Positions 32,422-45,476 of a stretch of DNA of 64,000 nucleotides are shown here, one piece after another. Source of the stretch: Cyanophora paradoxa CCMP329. Lineage: Eukaryota > Plantae > Glaucophyta. How positions within the stretch are numbered: the stretch's first letter is position 1; every line of letters begins with the position of its first letter. The position numbers were made by a program, and so were the translations under genes. Where the stretch lies: contig QPMI01000544.1 of the NCBI GenBank assembly GCA_004431415.1, positions 1-64,000 of the forward strand. The letters are read 5' to 3'. The notes under the pieces were generated by a model. The model was not told the origin of the DNA. It searched no databases and worked only from the letters and a program-made list of their open reading frames with translations.

Positions 32422-32704
32422 ACCGATCGCGGATCTTTGAAAGTTCTCGACTCGCGATCGATGTCAACGCTCGCATGATCTAGATCTATATGGTGGTCCA
32501 GGCTTAAGATGGAGCCGAATTGTGTGTATGTGTTTGTACATGTACGTGCATGTGTGTATGTACACAGACCACGTACAGTATTCAAACTGTCTGGCTCCCC
32601 GTGCACGTGTATGAGATTTCCTGTCCACAAAAAGAAAGCAATTGACATGAGAAACAATGAACACGTCTCTCTACGTCTGCAGCTGCGCGAATACCCGGGT
32701 ACGG

Positions 32705-34440
32705 CCAGTGGGCGCACCCTGCCCTCCTCCCTCGCCCGCCGCCGCGGGCCGCAGCGCCCCGTACCCCTCCCGCCCTCGCCCCCTGCGGCGACGGGTACGG
32801 TCAGGGGCCGACCAAGGACGGGGCGGGCTACAGGGCGCACCCTGCCCTCTCCCGCGCCCGCCGCCGCGAGGCAGCAGCGCCCCGTACCCCTCCCGCCCTC
32901 GCCCCCTGCGGCGACGGGTACGGTCAGGGGCCGATCCAAGACGGGGCGGGCTCCAGGGCGCACCGCCCCGTACCCCTCCGGGCCGCGCCCCCTGCGGCGA
33001 CGACGGTCAGGGGCCGATCCAAGACGGGGCGGGCTCCAGGGCGCACCCTGCCCTCCCCCCCGCGCCCGCCGCCGTGGGCCGCAGCGCCCCGTACCCCTCC
33101 GGGCCGCGCCCCCTGCGGCGACGACGGTCAGGGGCCGATCCAAGACGGGGCGGGCTCCAGGGCGCACCCTGCCCTCTTCCGCGCCCGCCGCCGTGGGCCG
33201 CAGCGCCCCGTACCCCTCCGGGCCGCGCCCCCTGCGGCGACGACGGTCAGGGGCCGATCCAAGACGGGGCGGGCTTCAGAGCGCACCTGGGCCCTCTTCC
33301 GCGCCCGCCGCCGTGGACCGCAGCGACCCGTACCCCTCCGGGCCGCGCTTCCTGCGGCGACGGGTACGGTAAGGGACCGGGCGACGACGGGGCGGGCTCC
33401 AGGGCGCACCTGGGCCCTCTTCCGCGCCCGCCGCCGTGGACCGCAGCGCCCCGTACCCCTCCGGGCCGCGCCCCCTGCGGCGACGGGTACGGTCAGGGGC
33501 CGATCCAAGACGGGGCGGGCCACAGGGCGCACCCCGCCCCCCTCCCGCGCCCGCCGCCGTACGCCGCAGCGACCCGTACCCCTCCGGGCCGCGCCCCCTG
33601 CGGCGACGGGTACGGTAAGGGACCGGGCGACGACGGGGCGGGCTTCAGAGCGCACCTGGGCCCTCTTCCGCGCCCGCCGCCGTGGACCGCAGCGCCCCGT
33701 ACCCCTCCGGGCCGCGCCCCCTGCGGCGACGACGGTCAGGGGCCGATGACCGACGGGGCGGGCTCCAGGGCGCACCCTGCCCCCTCCCGCGCCCGCCGCC
33801 GTATGCCGCAGCGACCCGTACCCCTCCGGGCCGCGCCCCCTGCGGCGACGGGTACGGTAAGGGACCGGGCGACGACGGGGCGGGCTTCAGAGCGCACCTG
33901 GGCCCTCTTCCGCGCCCGCCGCCGTGGACCGCAGCGACCCGTACCCCTCCGGGCCGCGCCCCCTGCGGCGACGGGTACGGTAAGGGACCGGGCGACGACG
34001 GGGCGGGCTTCAGAGCGCACCTGGGCCCTCTTCCGCGCCCGCCGCCGTGGACCGCAGCGCCCCGTACCCCTCCGGGCCGCGCCCCCTGCGGCGACGGGTA
34101 CGGTCAGGGGCCGATGACCGACGGGGCGGGCCACAGGGCGCACCCCGCCCCCCTCCCGCGCCCGCCGCCGTACGCCGCAGCGACCCGTACCCCTCCGGGC
34201 CGCGCCCCCTGCGGCGACGGGTACGGTAAGGGACCGGGCGACGACGGGGCGGGCTTCAGAGCGCACCTGGGCCCTCTTCCGCGCCCGCCGCCGTGGACCG
34301 CAGCGCCCCGTACCCCTCCGGGCCGCGCCCCCTGCGGCGACGGGTACGGTAAGGGACCGGGCGACGACGGGGCGGGCTTCAGAGCGCACCTGGGCCCTTT
34401 AAAGCTTCCGCGCCCGCCGCCGTACGCCGCAGCGCCCCCT
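32705..34440 (+). repeat. GC-rich tandem array, ~122 bp unit x ~14, with alternating unit variants
   Basis: GCAGCG(C/A)CCCGTACCCCTCCGGGCCGCGCCCCCTGCGGCGACG recurs from ~32750 to ~34310; variants GGTCAGGGGCCGAT vs GGTAAGGGACCGGG. Confidence 0.95.
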
Positions 34441-35410
34441 TCCCGTCCACGCAGCACCTGAGCTGCGCCTCCTGCTGATCGGGACGGGGAATCCCAGGGA
34501 GCGGCCCGCGTTCTTCGGAGATCCCGGCGCGAACTCCTGAAGACGGCCTTTCTGCGACCCAACCCGATCAGTAGACGCAGCCACGAGCCTAAGCCTAAAC
34601 CTAGGTTGCGGGACCCGGACCGGCGAAGATCGCCCCAGGCGGCTAGAGGTTCGCGACGTCGATTCGCCTGAGATTTGGCAGCCACCGGGCCGGGCCGCGC
34701 GCCACTCTCTTGTGGATGAGATCTACTAGCTAGATCTACAGCTGCAGGCCGTGCATATCCACGCGCAGCACCTGCGAGGGGATGCCTTTTCACGTACACC
34801 GCGCGTCGGCCTGCATGCGGAAGAGGCCGAGGACGGCCACTCGAGCTCGTGCGCCTGCAGCTGCGGTTCGCGGCCGCAGCACTGCGCCTGTCCACGGTCG
34901 CGCGGGCGCTGCGATACGATCTAAGACGCCACAAATCGCTTCGGTACTCCGGAAAACGTGCGCGAAAGGCGCGGTGGCCATCGCCGTGCGAGCGGGCCCC
35001 CTTGCGATCCGCGGCCGCCGAGCGGCTGGCGTGGGGCGCCGCCACGAACAACTAGAGCTTGTTCCACATGCTGCATCAGCGCTCGGCCGGGCTCGGGGCT
35101 GGCTCGCGCCGGCTGGGCCCGAAATCGACCCACGTTGTCGCGACGACGTGGCTCCGCTTCCCCCCCCCCCCCCCCCCCCCCCCTAGCTCCGTACCCCGCG
35201 GGGCGACTAAGCTAAGCTCTGAGCTTGTAGAAGGGCGCTGCAGACTCGGTGGGGCCCTTGTTCGCTCTGCAAGGTGAGCGAAAGACCTCTGAGCTCGTCG
35301 GGCCCGCGCGCGCGCACGTTCGGAAGAGTTGACCGCGCGTGCAGGTTCGGGCACAGGCGTCGTGCCGGGCGGGCGGAATCCGCTTCCGGAGTGCCGAGGA
35401 GGTTCTTTCG

Positions 35411-37789
35411 ATGGCCCGCGGCAGCCAGCAGCAGCGCGAGCGCCACGAGCTCCAGGCCGCCGGAGAGTGCCTGCGGGAGGCCAGCAAGCTAATGGCGGGG
35501 CTGGCGGAGGCTCCAGCAAGCTCTTCCGGCCGCCCGTCGCCGGCAGTCGCTCGATTTGCAGCCTCTCTCGCCGAGCACGACGGCGGCGTGCGCTGCCACT
35601 TCTGCTTGGATCCGCTGCCCGAGCCGCCGGTCTACCTCTCGCCCTGCGCGCTCGACGAGATCGCGCCGTACATGGACCCCGAGGGCGAGCGGCAGCACGG
35701 GGTCGATGTGACGCAGTTCATCTTGATGGACGATTCCGCGCCGACCCCAGCTGCAGCGTCGGCCCCGGGCGACACGGGGCTGCGCCGCACGAGCTCCCGG
35801 AGAACCGGCAACAAAGCCGGTAGCAGTTGCGGGGGTGGGGAGGTCGCCAAGGTGATCAGCAATCTCGGAGTCGGGTGCATGGCCTGCCTCCTGAAGGCGC
35901 TCGCCGAGAGCAAGAGTGCCGGTGCGTCCCGCGCGCCGTTCGCGCCCCCCGCCCCGCCCCGAGCGCCGCAGCCTTTCCCCTCTCCGAGCGCACCAGCCCC
36001 TGACCTCCTCCTCCCGTCCGCAGACGGAACGCTGAAGTGCCGCGCTGGGTTCCGCGAGGCGGGGTGCGGGGAGAAGCACGCCGTGACGGCGGGCGGAGGC
36101 GCCGTCGGTTCCGAGCTCGCCTATCAGCCCTGCGGCGCCCTGGACGCCGTGCTCGGCATCGCCCGCGGCATCCGGAGCGCCCGCGGGCTCACCCCCGGCG
36201 ACGCGGCGGCCAGCAAGCCCTGGAAGGCCGCGGAGGAGCGGTCCAACTCGAAGCTGCGGGGGCTGGTGGAGGTCATCGTCATCGACGACAGCGACGACGA
36301 GGAGGCCCCCCCGGCTCCGCCGCCCGGCAGCGCGGAGGTCGGCGGGGGCGGGCCCAGCGGCAGCAGCGGCGGCGGCCGCGGCGCAAAGCCTCCCCCGCGG
36401 GCCCCGGGGAAACCTCGGCACCCGGCGCCCCCCCCGCCCGAGGTAGAGCCCGAGGAGGATGCGAAGGAGGCCCCCGTGGCGACGCGGACGCGGGCGCAGG
36501 GGGCGGGAAAGGCCCCGGACGCGGCGCCCGCCCCCACCTCCGAGCTCCCCGCCGCGGCGTCCGACCCCGCATCCGGAGCGGGCGGCGGTCGTGTCTCGGG
36601 GCGCAGCCGCGGCCGTGCGACACGGCCGAAGCGGCCGAAGCGGGCGGCGGCGAGCGGTGAGGAGGCAAATGGAGAGGAGAGCCCGGGATCGGCGTCCTCC
36701 GAGGCGGAGGAGGGGGGCCACCCCCTCGACTCTGCCACGGTCCGCCTCCTCGCGGTCGCCTTCAGCACCCCCCGGGGGCGCGAAGGCGATCCCCGGAGGC
36801 CCGGCGAGGCGGCGTTCGACCCCGGCCTGCCCGCCGGGGAAGAAGAGCGACCGGAGGAGGAGGAGGAGGAGCAGCAGCAGCAGCAGCAGCAGCAGACAGA
36901 CGAGGAGGCGGCCCCCGAGGAGGCGCTGCATGAAATCGACGGGGGAAGGATGGTTGCGACGCCGCACGACAACTACCAGCGCTGCATCGACGCCCTGGAG
37001 GGGCGGCGGCGGCGACGAGGGCGGCCGGGGCCGGCGGCGGCAGCGGGGGAGGGGCCTTGCGTCGTGGACGCGGTCGGCCGCCTTCTCTGCTCGAACCCGG
37101 CCCTCCGCGAGGAGCTCCGGGCGCGGGTGCAGGGGGGCGAGCGGGCCCGCTCCAAGGGCATGATGCTCGTCGGCGCGTCCATCTTCAGCCGCTGGCGGCG
37201 CTTCGTCGCGGACCAGGAGGCGAAGCGCGAGGCGGCGGCCGGGGGCGCCGGCCCCTCCAAGTCCACGGGCAAGCGCGTGCGGGAAGCCCGACCGAGGGCC
37301 GCCTCCGCCAACGCCCTCTCCAAGAAGCCGCAGATGGAGCTCTACGATAGCGCGGCGTGGGGCAAGGTGCTCAAGGAGGAGGTCTGCCCGCTCTTCGACC
37401 CGGTGCTGGGCGACGTGGGGGCCCTCACCAAGCCCAACGGCACGCCCGTGGGCGAGAGCACGAAGAGCCGCCGCTACACCTTTCTCCTCCGCCTGGGCCA
37501 GGCCCTCGCCCGCTTCCCGCCCCTCGCCGCCATCCCCGGCGCCGCCCCCTCCGCCCGCCTCCTCCGCGCCATCGCCTCCCTGGCGCACCTCGGCGACGAG
37601 GAGCTGGCGGCCCTCCGCCGGGACCTCAAGAGGGAGGCCGGCCGCGGCGGCCGCGACTTTGACCCCTCTCGCTTCGTCCCCGTCCCGACGGGGTCCGGTC
37701 CCCGCGCCCTCGCCCTCGCGCCCGTCGCAGAGGGCGGGGCCAAGCTCGAGTGCGTCCTCGACACGCCCCTCCTCGAGCTTCCTTTCTAG
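35411..37789 (+). CDS. Large protein with N-terminal atypical RING-like Cys pattern, low-complexity middle, unknown C-terminal domain
   Basis: Long open frame with strong GC3; CHFC..PPVYLSPC...CMAC...KC.....GC; SIM-like VEVIVIDDSDDEE; poly-E/Q. Confidence 0.65.
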   Translation: MARGSQQQRERHELQAAGECLREASKLMAGLAEAPASSSGRPSPAVARFAASLAEHDGGVRCHFCLDPLPEPPVYLSPCALDEIAPYMDPEGERQHGVDVTQFILMDDSAPTPAAASAPGDTGLRRTSSRRTGNKAGSSCGGGEVAKVISNLGVGCMACLLKALAESKSAGASRAPFAPPAPPRAPQPFPSPSAPAPDLLLPSADGTLKCRAGFREAGCGEKHAVTAGGGAVGSELAYQPCGALDAVLGIARGIRSARGLTPGDAAASKPWKAAEERSNSKLRGLVEVIVIDDSDDEEAPPAPPPGSAEVGGGGPSGSSGGGRGAKPPPRAPGKPRHPAPPPPEVEPEEDAKEAPVATRTRAQGAGKAPDAAPAPTSELPAAASDPASGAGGGRVSGRSRGRATRPKRPKRAAASGEEANGEESPGSASSEAEEGGHPLDSATVRLLAVAFSTPRGREGDPRRPGEAAFDPGLPAGEEERPEEEEEEQQQQQQQQTDEEAAPEEALHEIDGGRMVATPHDNYQRCIDALEGRRRRRGRPGPAAAAGEGPCVVDAVGRLLCSNPALREELRARVQGGERARSKGMMLVGASIFSRWRRFVADQEAKREAAAGGAGPSKSTGKRVREARPRAASANALSKKPQMELYDSAAWGKVLKEEVCPLFDPVLGDVGALTKPNGTPVGESTKSRRYTFLLRLGQALARFPPLAAIPGAAPSARLLRAIASLAHLGDEELAALRRDLKREAGRGGRDFDPSRFVPVPTGSGPRALALAPVAEGGAKLECVLDTPLLELPF

Positions 37790-38206
37790 GCGCCGCCGCC
37801 CCCTGGCGCTCGCCTCGCCGGGCCGCGCCCCGGACTAGCCCTCCCCATTCCCCCTATCCCTATCGATACCCCCCACCCCACCCCCCTCTTTCTCCTCCCC
37901 CTCCCCCTCCCCCTTCCCCCCCCCTCCGAGTTCCCCGACGTACCCCTTCCCTCCTCCCCCCCCCCCCCCCCCCCCTCCGACGCCCTCAGAACCCTCCCTT
38001 TCCCTATCGATGTACACCCCAACCCCCCACTCCTCCCTCCCCCCCTGCGGCTCCCCCCCCCCTGCGGCTCCCCCCCCCTGCGGCTTCCCCCCTGCGGCTT
38101 CCCCCCACCCCCCACACCCGCCTCGTTGATTGATCTCATCCATTCCTTTTCCCGCTCCTTTCGGCTCGCTCTCCTTCTCTCTTCTGTTTTAGAATTCTAC
38201 TCAGTG

Positions 38207-38237
<31 letters not shown>

Positions 38238-38599
38238 TCCCCCCCCCCTTCCCCCCCCCTCTCCCCCGGGGTCCCCCGGGACTTTCCTTTCGGCCGCGGC
38301 TTGCTTTCTGTTCCTTAGCTGTACTTTCATACGGTCTTTGATTTCGGCAAATTCTCGGTCTGGGACTCTGCCCGCTTCGATTTCCGAGTTGGACTTGTTA
38401 GCTGCAGTCCTTTCGCACATGCTTGCCTAGGGCTTTGCTTGTGTTTCGACGTCGTACCATCGGCGATCATGTGCTTGCATGGAAAGCAAATCAAGCACGA
38501 TAGCAACACGCAGCAGGACCCGTACCACTCGTTGATGGTAGTCAACTTGAAATGAAATGTTGCATTCTATATGTATTCGTGGACTGAAAGATCAGTTAC

Positions 38600-39860
38600 A
38601 TATACATATATATACGTCCTACTCAAAGGAGACAACGGAAAGCACGTGGTGCGGGATCCAGAGCGAAAGCGGAATATCCTTCTTGGCCGCTCCAGAGCCA
38701 GCGGGCGGCCGCCAGCCTTTGACGACGGCCGGGATCGCTTTCCCGCAGTGTGCCAGCACACCAGCACTGATTCGGAGCGCCTTTCGAATTTCTTCGGTCA
38801 AGTCGCGCCCATCGATGTGCGCGGCTCGATTCGGGTGCAGCAGCTTGTCAAGCAGCCCTCTGCGGTCGAATGCCATCACGCCACGCATGAGTAAGTTAAA
38901 TTAAGAAGCAGGCAGGTGCGGAGAGGTTTAAATGTGATTTAGAGCAGAATCTCAAACGAAACTTGAAGCTCTCTCGGGTCGAAATAAACCCGGAAACCCA
39001 GCCTGGAGCTCAAACGAAAGAGAGGGTGCGCACTTGTACGCAATCATGATCTGTGTGAGCCGTTTCGACTCCGGAAGTTGCTCAAAGTAGGGCCTCAGCG
39101 GCGCGAGATCCAGCACGGCATACGTTTCATCCCAGAGCCCGGCATCGATGTTGGCAAGGTTGGCCTTCGCCCACGCAGGTGCCAGCTCGGGTTTGTTGCT
39201 GTCCGGGTGGCGCTGCCGAAAGTGAAAGTAGGGTGCCCCTTCGGGATCGATGTCGCTCGCCTCGCTGGCGTCGCCGCTGCCTTGCAAAATCTCCAGCGTC
39301 TCAGAGCAAGTCTTTACCCTCCCCAGCGCCTGCACGAGCGCCTGCTCCAGAGTTTCCGGTCGCTGTGCCGGAGCGCCGCCATCCGTGGCTGCCGGCCCGC
39401 GGCTCCAAAAGTTCTTGGCCATGGGGGCGGCCATGACCGGCTCCTCCGGAGTGTCCGCGGGGAGCGCCGATAGCGGCGCCGCGACGTCGACAGCCGCGTG
39501 CACGGCGGCGTTGGCGACGCCGATGCTGTCGCGGTCGTTCGAGCCCGCCGCAGCGCCCTCTGCCGCGCCGGCAGGGCCCGCCCGTGCCGGGTCCGTCGTG
39601 CAATCGAGCGGCACGCCCACGCCCTCGAGCTTGCCCACAGCCGCGGGGCCGTCGGACGTGCCGCCCCCCGCAGAGGCGGACGCGGGGCCGGCGCCGTGCG
39701 TGTGCGCTTGCTGGGCAGCCTCGCGCGAATCCTTCGGGATCGATCTCGGAGAGGCCGGGGCGCTCGACGGGAGCGATGCCGCATCCTCCGAAGGGGTGCA
39801 CGTGGAGGTTCTTGAGAGAGTCTCTGACTCGTCCGACGTCGACGTCTCCGAGGAGATGCT
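38600..39860 (-). CDS. Hypothetical, probably spliced gene
   Basis: Protein-like ORFs 38952-39974 and 38619-38888 on the same strand separated by an AT-rich gap; no family recognised. Confidence 0.35.
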
Positions 39861-42249
39861 GACGACGGGAAGCGAGGGAAAAGCGGCGGTTGGCCGACCG
39901 GTCGGCTGCAGCTCACGATCGCGCTCAACCGATGCTTTACCGAGAACTGCGCATCGTTGTAAGCACGTGCACATCTCGCTATCGATTTTGGATTCGGGAT
40001 CCGGAGCCTGCAGTCACGGCCCTCGCGTGTGTATAAATATCTATGCGCTCGCGTCCGCACCACGGCCGGTACCCGCCTCATGATCACTGCCCATATGCAT
40101 GGACACGGTTGCGGAGCCGGAGCCTGGGCACCGGACTATGCCGGAAGCCGGCGCCGGCGGTGTGGGTCCACCATCGAATTCCCCGGCCCGCTCAAGTCGC
40201 TGACCGCCCTCGTGGCCACCGAAGGCTGCCTCGGGGCCCGCCTGCGCGTGCGATGGAGCAGTCACGCACTTTTACATGCACACGCGAGCGCGCAGATCTA
40301 GATCTAGCCTAGTAGAGTTTTCGCGTCGCCCAGCGCGCGCGGCAAAGATTGAGCTTTCGCAGACTTTGCGGGATACTCTGCGTTTCGCGATAATTAACGC
40401 ACCATGGCCGCCTCGGATGCATGAAGCAGGCTAGCGCTCTCCTCGGTCGCGATCGGCACTGGCGACGGCCTGCCCGCCGCCGGTTCCGGTACCGGTGTGG
40501 CGCTCCGCGAGCGCGGTAGATCGTGGTGAGGAGACAAATCGACGGACGCTGTCTCCAAGTTCGGGTCCAGATGGGTTGGAGGGGGTCGCGCCGGCGCCGC
40601 GGCCGGCAGAACGACGGGTGCGGTCTTGGGGAGCAGAAGGTCGTAGTGTGCACGCTTCTCACCGTACCACAGAAGCTGAGCGTACCGTGATCAGGCGACG
40701 CGCTTTGATGTGTGCCGAAATGCGACACGCCGGATCAGAAAGCGCACGTGGATCGATCGAGGAGGGGCGATGCTCGAGGTGGGAGTGCTGGGCTGGCCCT
40801 GTTCACGATCATGGTCTGGGTGTCTATGCAAACCGAAAGTAAGGCAGGGCGGATGCGATGGGGGCTTGCAGCGCCCTATGCGCTCTTTGCGGATTTGATC
40901 GGGCGCGTGCACGGCATTTAATTATCTCGACAAAGACGCACTCTCGTATGGTGAGGTACAACTTTTCTCCCCTGGCTTTGTGCAGAGTGTGCACGACAAT
41001 GCGAGAGTCAAGAAGGCTTGAAGCGACCTGCATTTCCGCATCTCCGCCTGCGCAAAGGGAGCTTTAGCTGCGGGCAACGCCGCATTCCGGCATCCTTTGG
41101 TTGCACATGGCTGGCGTGGAGAACACGTATTGTAATCTAGGAATCTACTTTCGCATGTGCGCCGTACCCCACGAGAACTCGTTCTTCAACATGAAATCAA
41201 CGTATTCTTGAGTGCTGTTGAACCTGATGTCGCCACCCTCCCGGAGCTTGAGTTCCCACAGATTGCCCCCAACCAGCTGGTTCTGATTCACAAAAACAAA
41301 CCGCGGAAGTCAGGTACCGGTTTAAATTGGCGTTATACGTGGTCATCGCAAAGGTGCCCGCGGCCTCTTTCGCCACCCATGCACGAGCGCATGCGCGCAC
41401 CTGTGCGTCGAATCGCTCCTGCTGGGAGCTGATTTCGCAAAGGATCGCCTTGCGCAGCTCGCGGTGATCCTGGAATCTGCACGGCGCGCCACACACGTGC
41501 TTGTAGCCTTCGAACATCTGCGAGGATGTTGATTAAACGTAGGAAGGTGGGAGAGCAACGGTAGCCCTTCTAACGCAAAACATTAATTCCGTTTTTGCGG
41601 CCGCGATTGGGTGGATCACGAATTATATATAATATGAATAAATAAATAAGTGTCAACACTGATCTTGAAAAGGCTGTCGGGCTAGATCATCGACGCACCG
41701 CGCGAAACATACACGTGCCGTCTGCCAGGACTTTCTTCACATCGTACTGCTCTGCCTTTTCGAGCTTCGCGGACTTTGAATCAACGCTCAAAGTTGCATG
41801 CGCAACCACACCGGCGCCTTCCGGAGTCGCAGCGCGGTGAGGATCCCGATCTACATCGCCTCCCTAAGTGGCAAACGTGAGCTTCGCGATCGGTCTCTGG
41901 ATTGGATGTAGCTAGTTCCGGATCCGCCGGGCTGGTAATGAGGCTGGAATTCTAAGGAGCTCGCTCGCATTTGCGCACCAATATCGTTGACGAAGGCCGC
42001 TCGGTGTCGGAGGAATTCGAAGGTGTCGGCCGTATGCTTGAGACTGGCGTGACTCGGACGGCCGCACGGTCGATATCATCCGCACCAAAGTCGGCCAACC
42101 CCGGGCGCTGATCCTGATAGCAAACATCAAAAAGATAGAGGGGTAGGCCCGCATGCTTCACTTCATTCGACGTGTCAACGCCGTGAAATCTAGAATCTAG
42201 ATTCCTTGATGTGCGTCGAAATCGGGGGAGGTATATTAATTTAATATCA

Positions 42250-44682
42250 TGATGCACGCACCAGTGAGCTACCCTTCGTGCCGCAGCTGCCGTACGCGTC
42301 GACGTCACCGATTGCGACTATCTCAGGCGCAAGTTTAGATTCGTCGTCGACGTCGTCGAGCTCCCGTGGTGCCACCAGCGGCTGCCAATCCTGGTGATAT
42401 TCGCTCACGTCTGGCCAAAGCGTCCGCTGCTTGCTCCTGTGTTGTGCGATGATGTTATTCAGACCAGCGACCATGTGCCTGAGCCTAATGGGGACAGGCT
42501 CGCGTCTGAGATCATCCTGAAGATAACGGTTGCAATTGCGCTGAACTCGGAGCTTCTCTTCGAATTCACGTCGCGCTCGGATGTCAGCATAGTTGTACAC
42601 GTTTAACGTGATTGTTCGCGGACTCAGGATGAGACGGGGATCGTGCTTCCTCTGTGCCTCCATCTGCATTTCGAACCAGCGCCACGCCTTTGCATCAAGA
42701 AGAAGTTTCTGTTTTGGAGAGCACTTGTTCGTGCGCTCGGTCCAAGCTACATAAAGCTTCACAGCCTCCTCGCCTGTGACTCGCTCCAGCTCAAATCTGC
42801 ATGAAGCCACGTAAGCAATCGCCAGCTTTGAGCGCGAGGCGACGCGAAGAAGCGCAATTATGTAGATGTTTTGCTGCCATAGCTAAACGAAGTCGATTAA
42901 TATTGAGGACGCACTGCTGGAACCGTTCGGACAGAGCTGCGTCGAATTCGGCCGCGTGATTTGTTGTTATGATAATCATTAACCCTTTCTGCTCCCGCCT
43001 GTACAATTCCTCCCCGCCGTCTTGTCCCCCCATGACAAGTTGCTTGAGCTATGGAATCGGTAATCAGCAGGTTGGAGATGAGAAATTGACATTGGATGCA
43101 TAGCCAGTCCATGCCGGGCTGGGGGATGGTTGGCCCGGCGGACAGGGATGCGAACCGTTGCAGAGAGCCCCGAATTTTGATTCGCTCCGTACACACCTTC
43201 GCCCTCGCTGTGCATGCACACGCATCAAAGGTGCGATCGTCCATCGCGTGCGCAAACAAAATTGAGCTCTTATATTAATGACTTTTCTAGTGAAATGCAC
43301 GCAATGGTTCGAATTCCTTGAATCTCGCGATCGCATTTACGTGCTGCCCCATGGACTGTGTCCCTGCAATTTGCACGTGGCAAGTGCGCACTCGAGGAGG
43401 ACGAAGCATGGCTTGCAAGCCTTCCCCACAACCACAAGACCAGAAGTGATCTGATTGTCCACAGAGTGCTGCGGATGAATCGCGAGGTTGAGCCCAAAGA
43501 ATGATATATACATACATATACTTGGAATTTGCGCATTTGAGGATAAAATATATATTTATCGATCTTTTTATACGTATCCACAGAACCGCACGTGCATACT
43601 CATGGCGATTAAACAACCACAAAACGACTCACGTATTCATCCTGCAGACCGGAGAGTGGCACGTTGATGAACAAAGCTTGCGGGCACTTGCGCTTCAAGT
43701 CCAGGAGCGCTCGCATTGCGAGCAGCGTCTTTCCGCATCCCTGTACGGTTAAAAAAAGTCATTCTGGTCCGAAGCGCGAAACATCAGGTTCAACAGATCA
43801 GGATCGTAAATCTATTTATATCTAAACGCTCAATTCCGGGGTTGGCTGTACATGTTCGGTAGAGATACCCCAAGACCCGTAAGAATTTCTGTGACTATGT
43901 ATCTATACATTCACGTCAAAAAGACGACCGCTATGTGTATATAGCTATCGCTGGTTCTGTAATGATATACGCCAGTTCGATATAAAAAAAGAAGGGAAGA
44001 CGTGGGCGCGCACCCCTGGGCCCACAAGAAGAACGCCGCCATGCGGCTGTTCCTCGTCAGGAGAGAGCATGCGCCTGACGAACTCTTTCACAAAATCTCT
44101 GGCATCGGCCATGGACTCCCCGGCTGAAGGAAAGTGCGGAATCAGAGTTTGAGCAATTGGATCATTCAGTGTTCGGGTGCAAAAGCTTTAATTTGCACGC
44201 GTCTGAATCATTCTCAGATGTTCCGGACCTAGTCCTGCATAAGGATCCGTCGCATCCTCCATGGCCACGACCGACTCCTCACCACCGGCCACGTTGTTCT
44301 GCAATCTTCTTGCCAGGCTCTCTCCGGCCTCGGCCCAGGAAACGATCTTGCCATAAACCTCCTTCCGCCGATCGCCGCTGACGCTGCCCTTGAGACCTCG
44401 CATAATATTTGCGGCTCGTTCTGCGGGGGAGCCTGCAGCGGGCTCCTTGACTTTGGCGAGTTTTTGGACGTCCTCCCACTTTTTGCACAGGCCTTGGACG
44501 AGCTCGACGTTTTCGGCAGCGTTCTTGGCCTTCGACTTCTTGGGCCGTGGTGGTGGCGGGGGCGGCCGGCCGGAACCCCCGCCGCCAGCAGAGCCCCCAG
44601 CTGTCGCCGCGGGCGCCGGCGCCGGCCCCGGCCCTGACTCGGTGTCGACGTCGTCGTCGCCGCGGAAGGACCACGGCCACAT
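42250..44682 (-). CDS. Multi-exon AAA+ ATPase (3' extent uncertain)
   Basis: Exons 44123-44014 and 43740-43633 splice (GT-AG) to HGGVLLVGPG/GCGKTLLAMRA (Walker A). IIITTNHAAEFDAALSERF near 42930-42980 matches the sensor-1/second region of homology. Walker B not located. Confidence 0.65.
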
Positions 44683-45476
44683 TGCGCGAAACTGCGCAGG
44701 CCCGTCGTCGCCTCTGCGCAATTGTTAACGCGTGCGAAATAAGCGCGCGGCGTCGACGCCGGAAATTCACTCGCGATCGGCGGCGTGCACGTGCCGTCAC
44801 GCGCGAGAGGCAATCCAATTCGCCGATCCGGGGAGTTCTAGATCTGGAGGCTAGATAGGTAGTTCCGCTAGCATGGACGAAAAATACATTCTAGGCTCAC
44901 ACGTGGCTCTTTTGCGCTCTCAAGGGCAGAGCGGGAGACCTCAAAGCTAGCTAGCTGTAGAGCGCGGGGGGTGCCGGGCATACCTTGGTGCGCTCATCCC
45001 CATTGAGCTGAGATGGTTTTTCCATCGTTTGACGATACTTTTGAGCTTTTCGCATTTGCTCGCGATTTTCACGGCGGCGCGAATGCTTTCATGATACCGC
45101 AGAGTTTTTCTGGACTTGAGGGTGCTCGACGGCTCGCTTCTGCGCAGCAAAGAAAAGCGCCACGTGCACCCGATAGTAAGATCACTTTCGAATATTAATC
45201 AGATCGAAAAATACCTTGCGATCAGAACTATATCGTAAGTACTAGTATATATATTCGAAATCGCATTTAATTTGTGAATATGATCGAATCTTAAACAAAT
45301 AAGAGCAATCATTGTGTACATATCTAATATGCGTATTCGTTTATTAGATATGGTGCGCATTTGTGTTAGAGATCATTGAGAAGCTCTAGAGCATTAATAA
45401 GCGCGATGGCGGCATGAATTCGAGGTTATATCATCTCCAGAGCATGCATGAGCCTGTACATGTACATGTGCTGCAG

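Noticed and set aside
32082-34461. Long ORFs across tandem arrays (also at 225-1430, 12410-14749, 16516-18592)
   Set aside because: Stop-poor GC-rich repeats are open in several frames on both strands.
42170-42265. DDE (pogo-like) transposase fragment HDIKLIYLP
   Set aside because: The match is short and appears to lie in an AT-rich intron starting GTGCGT; no other DDE motifs.
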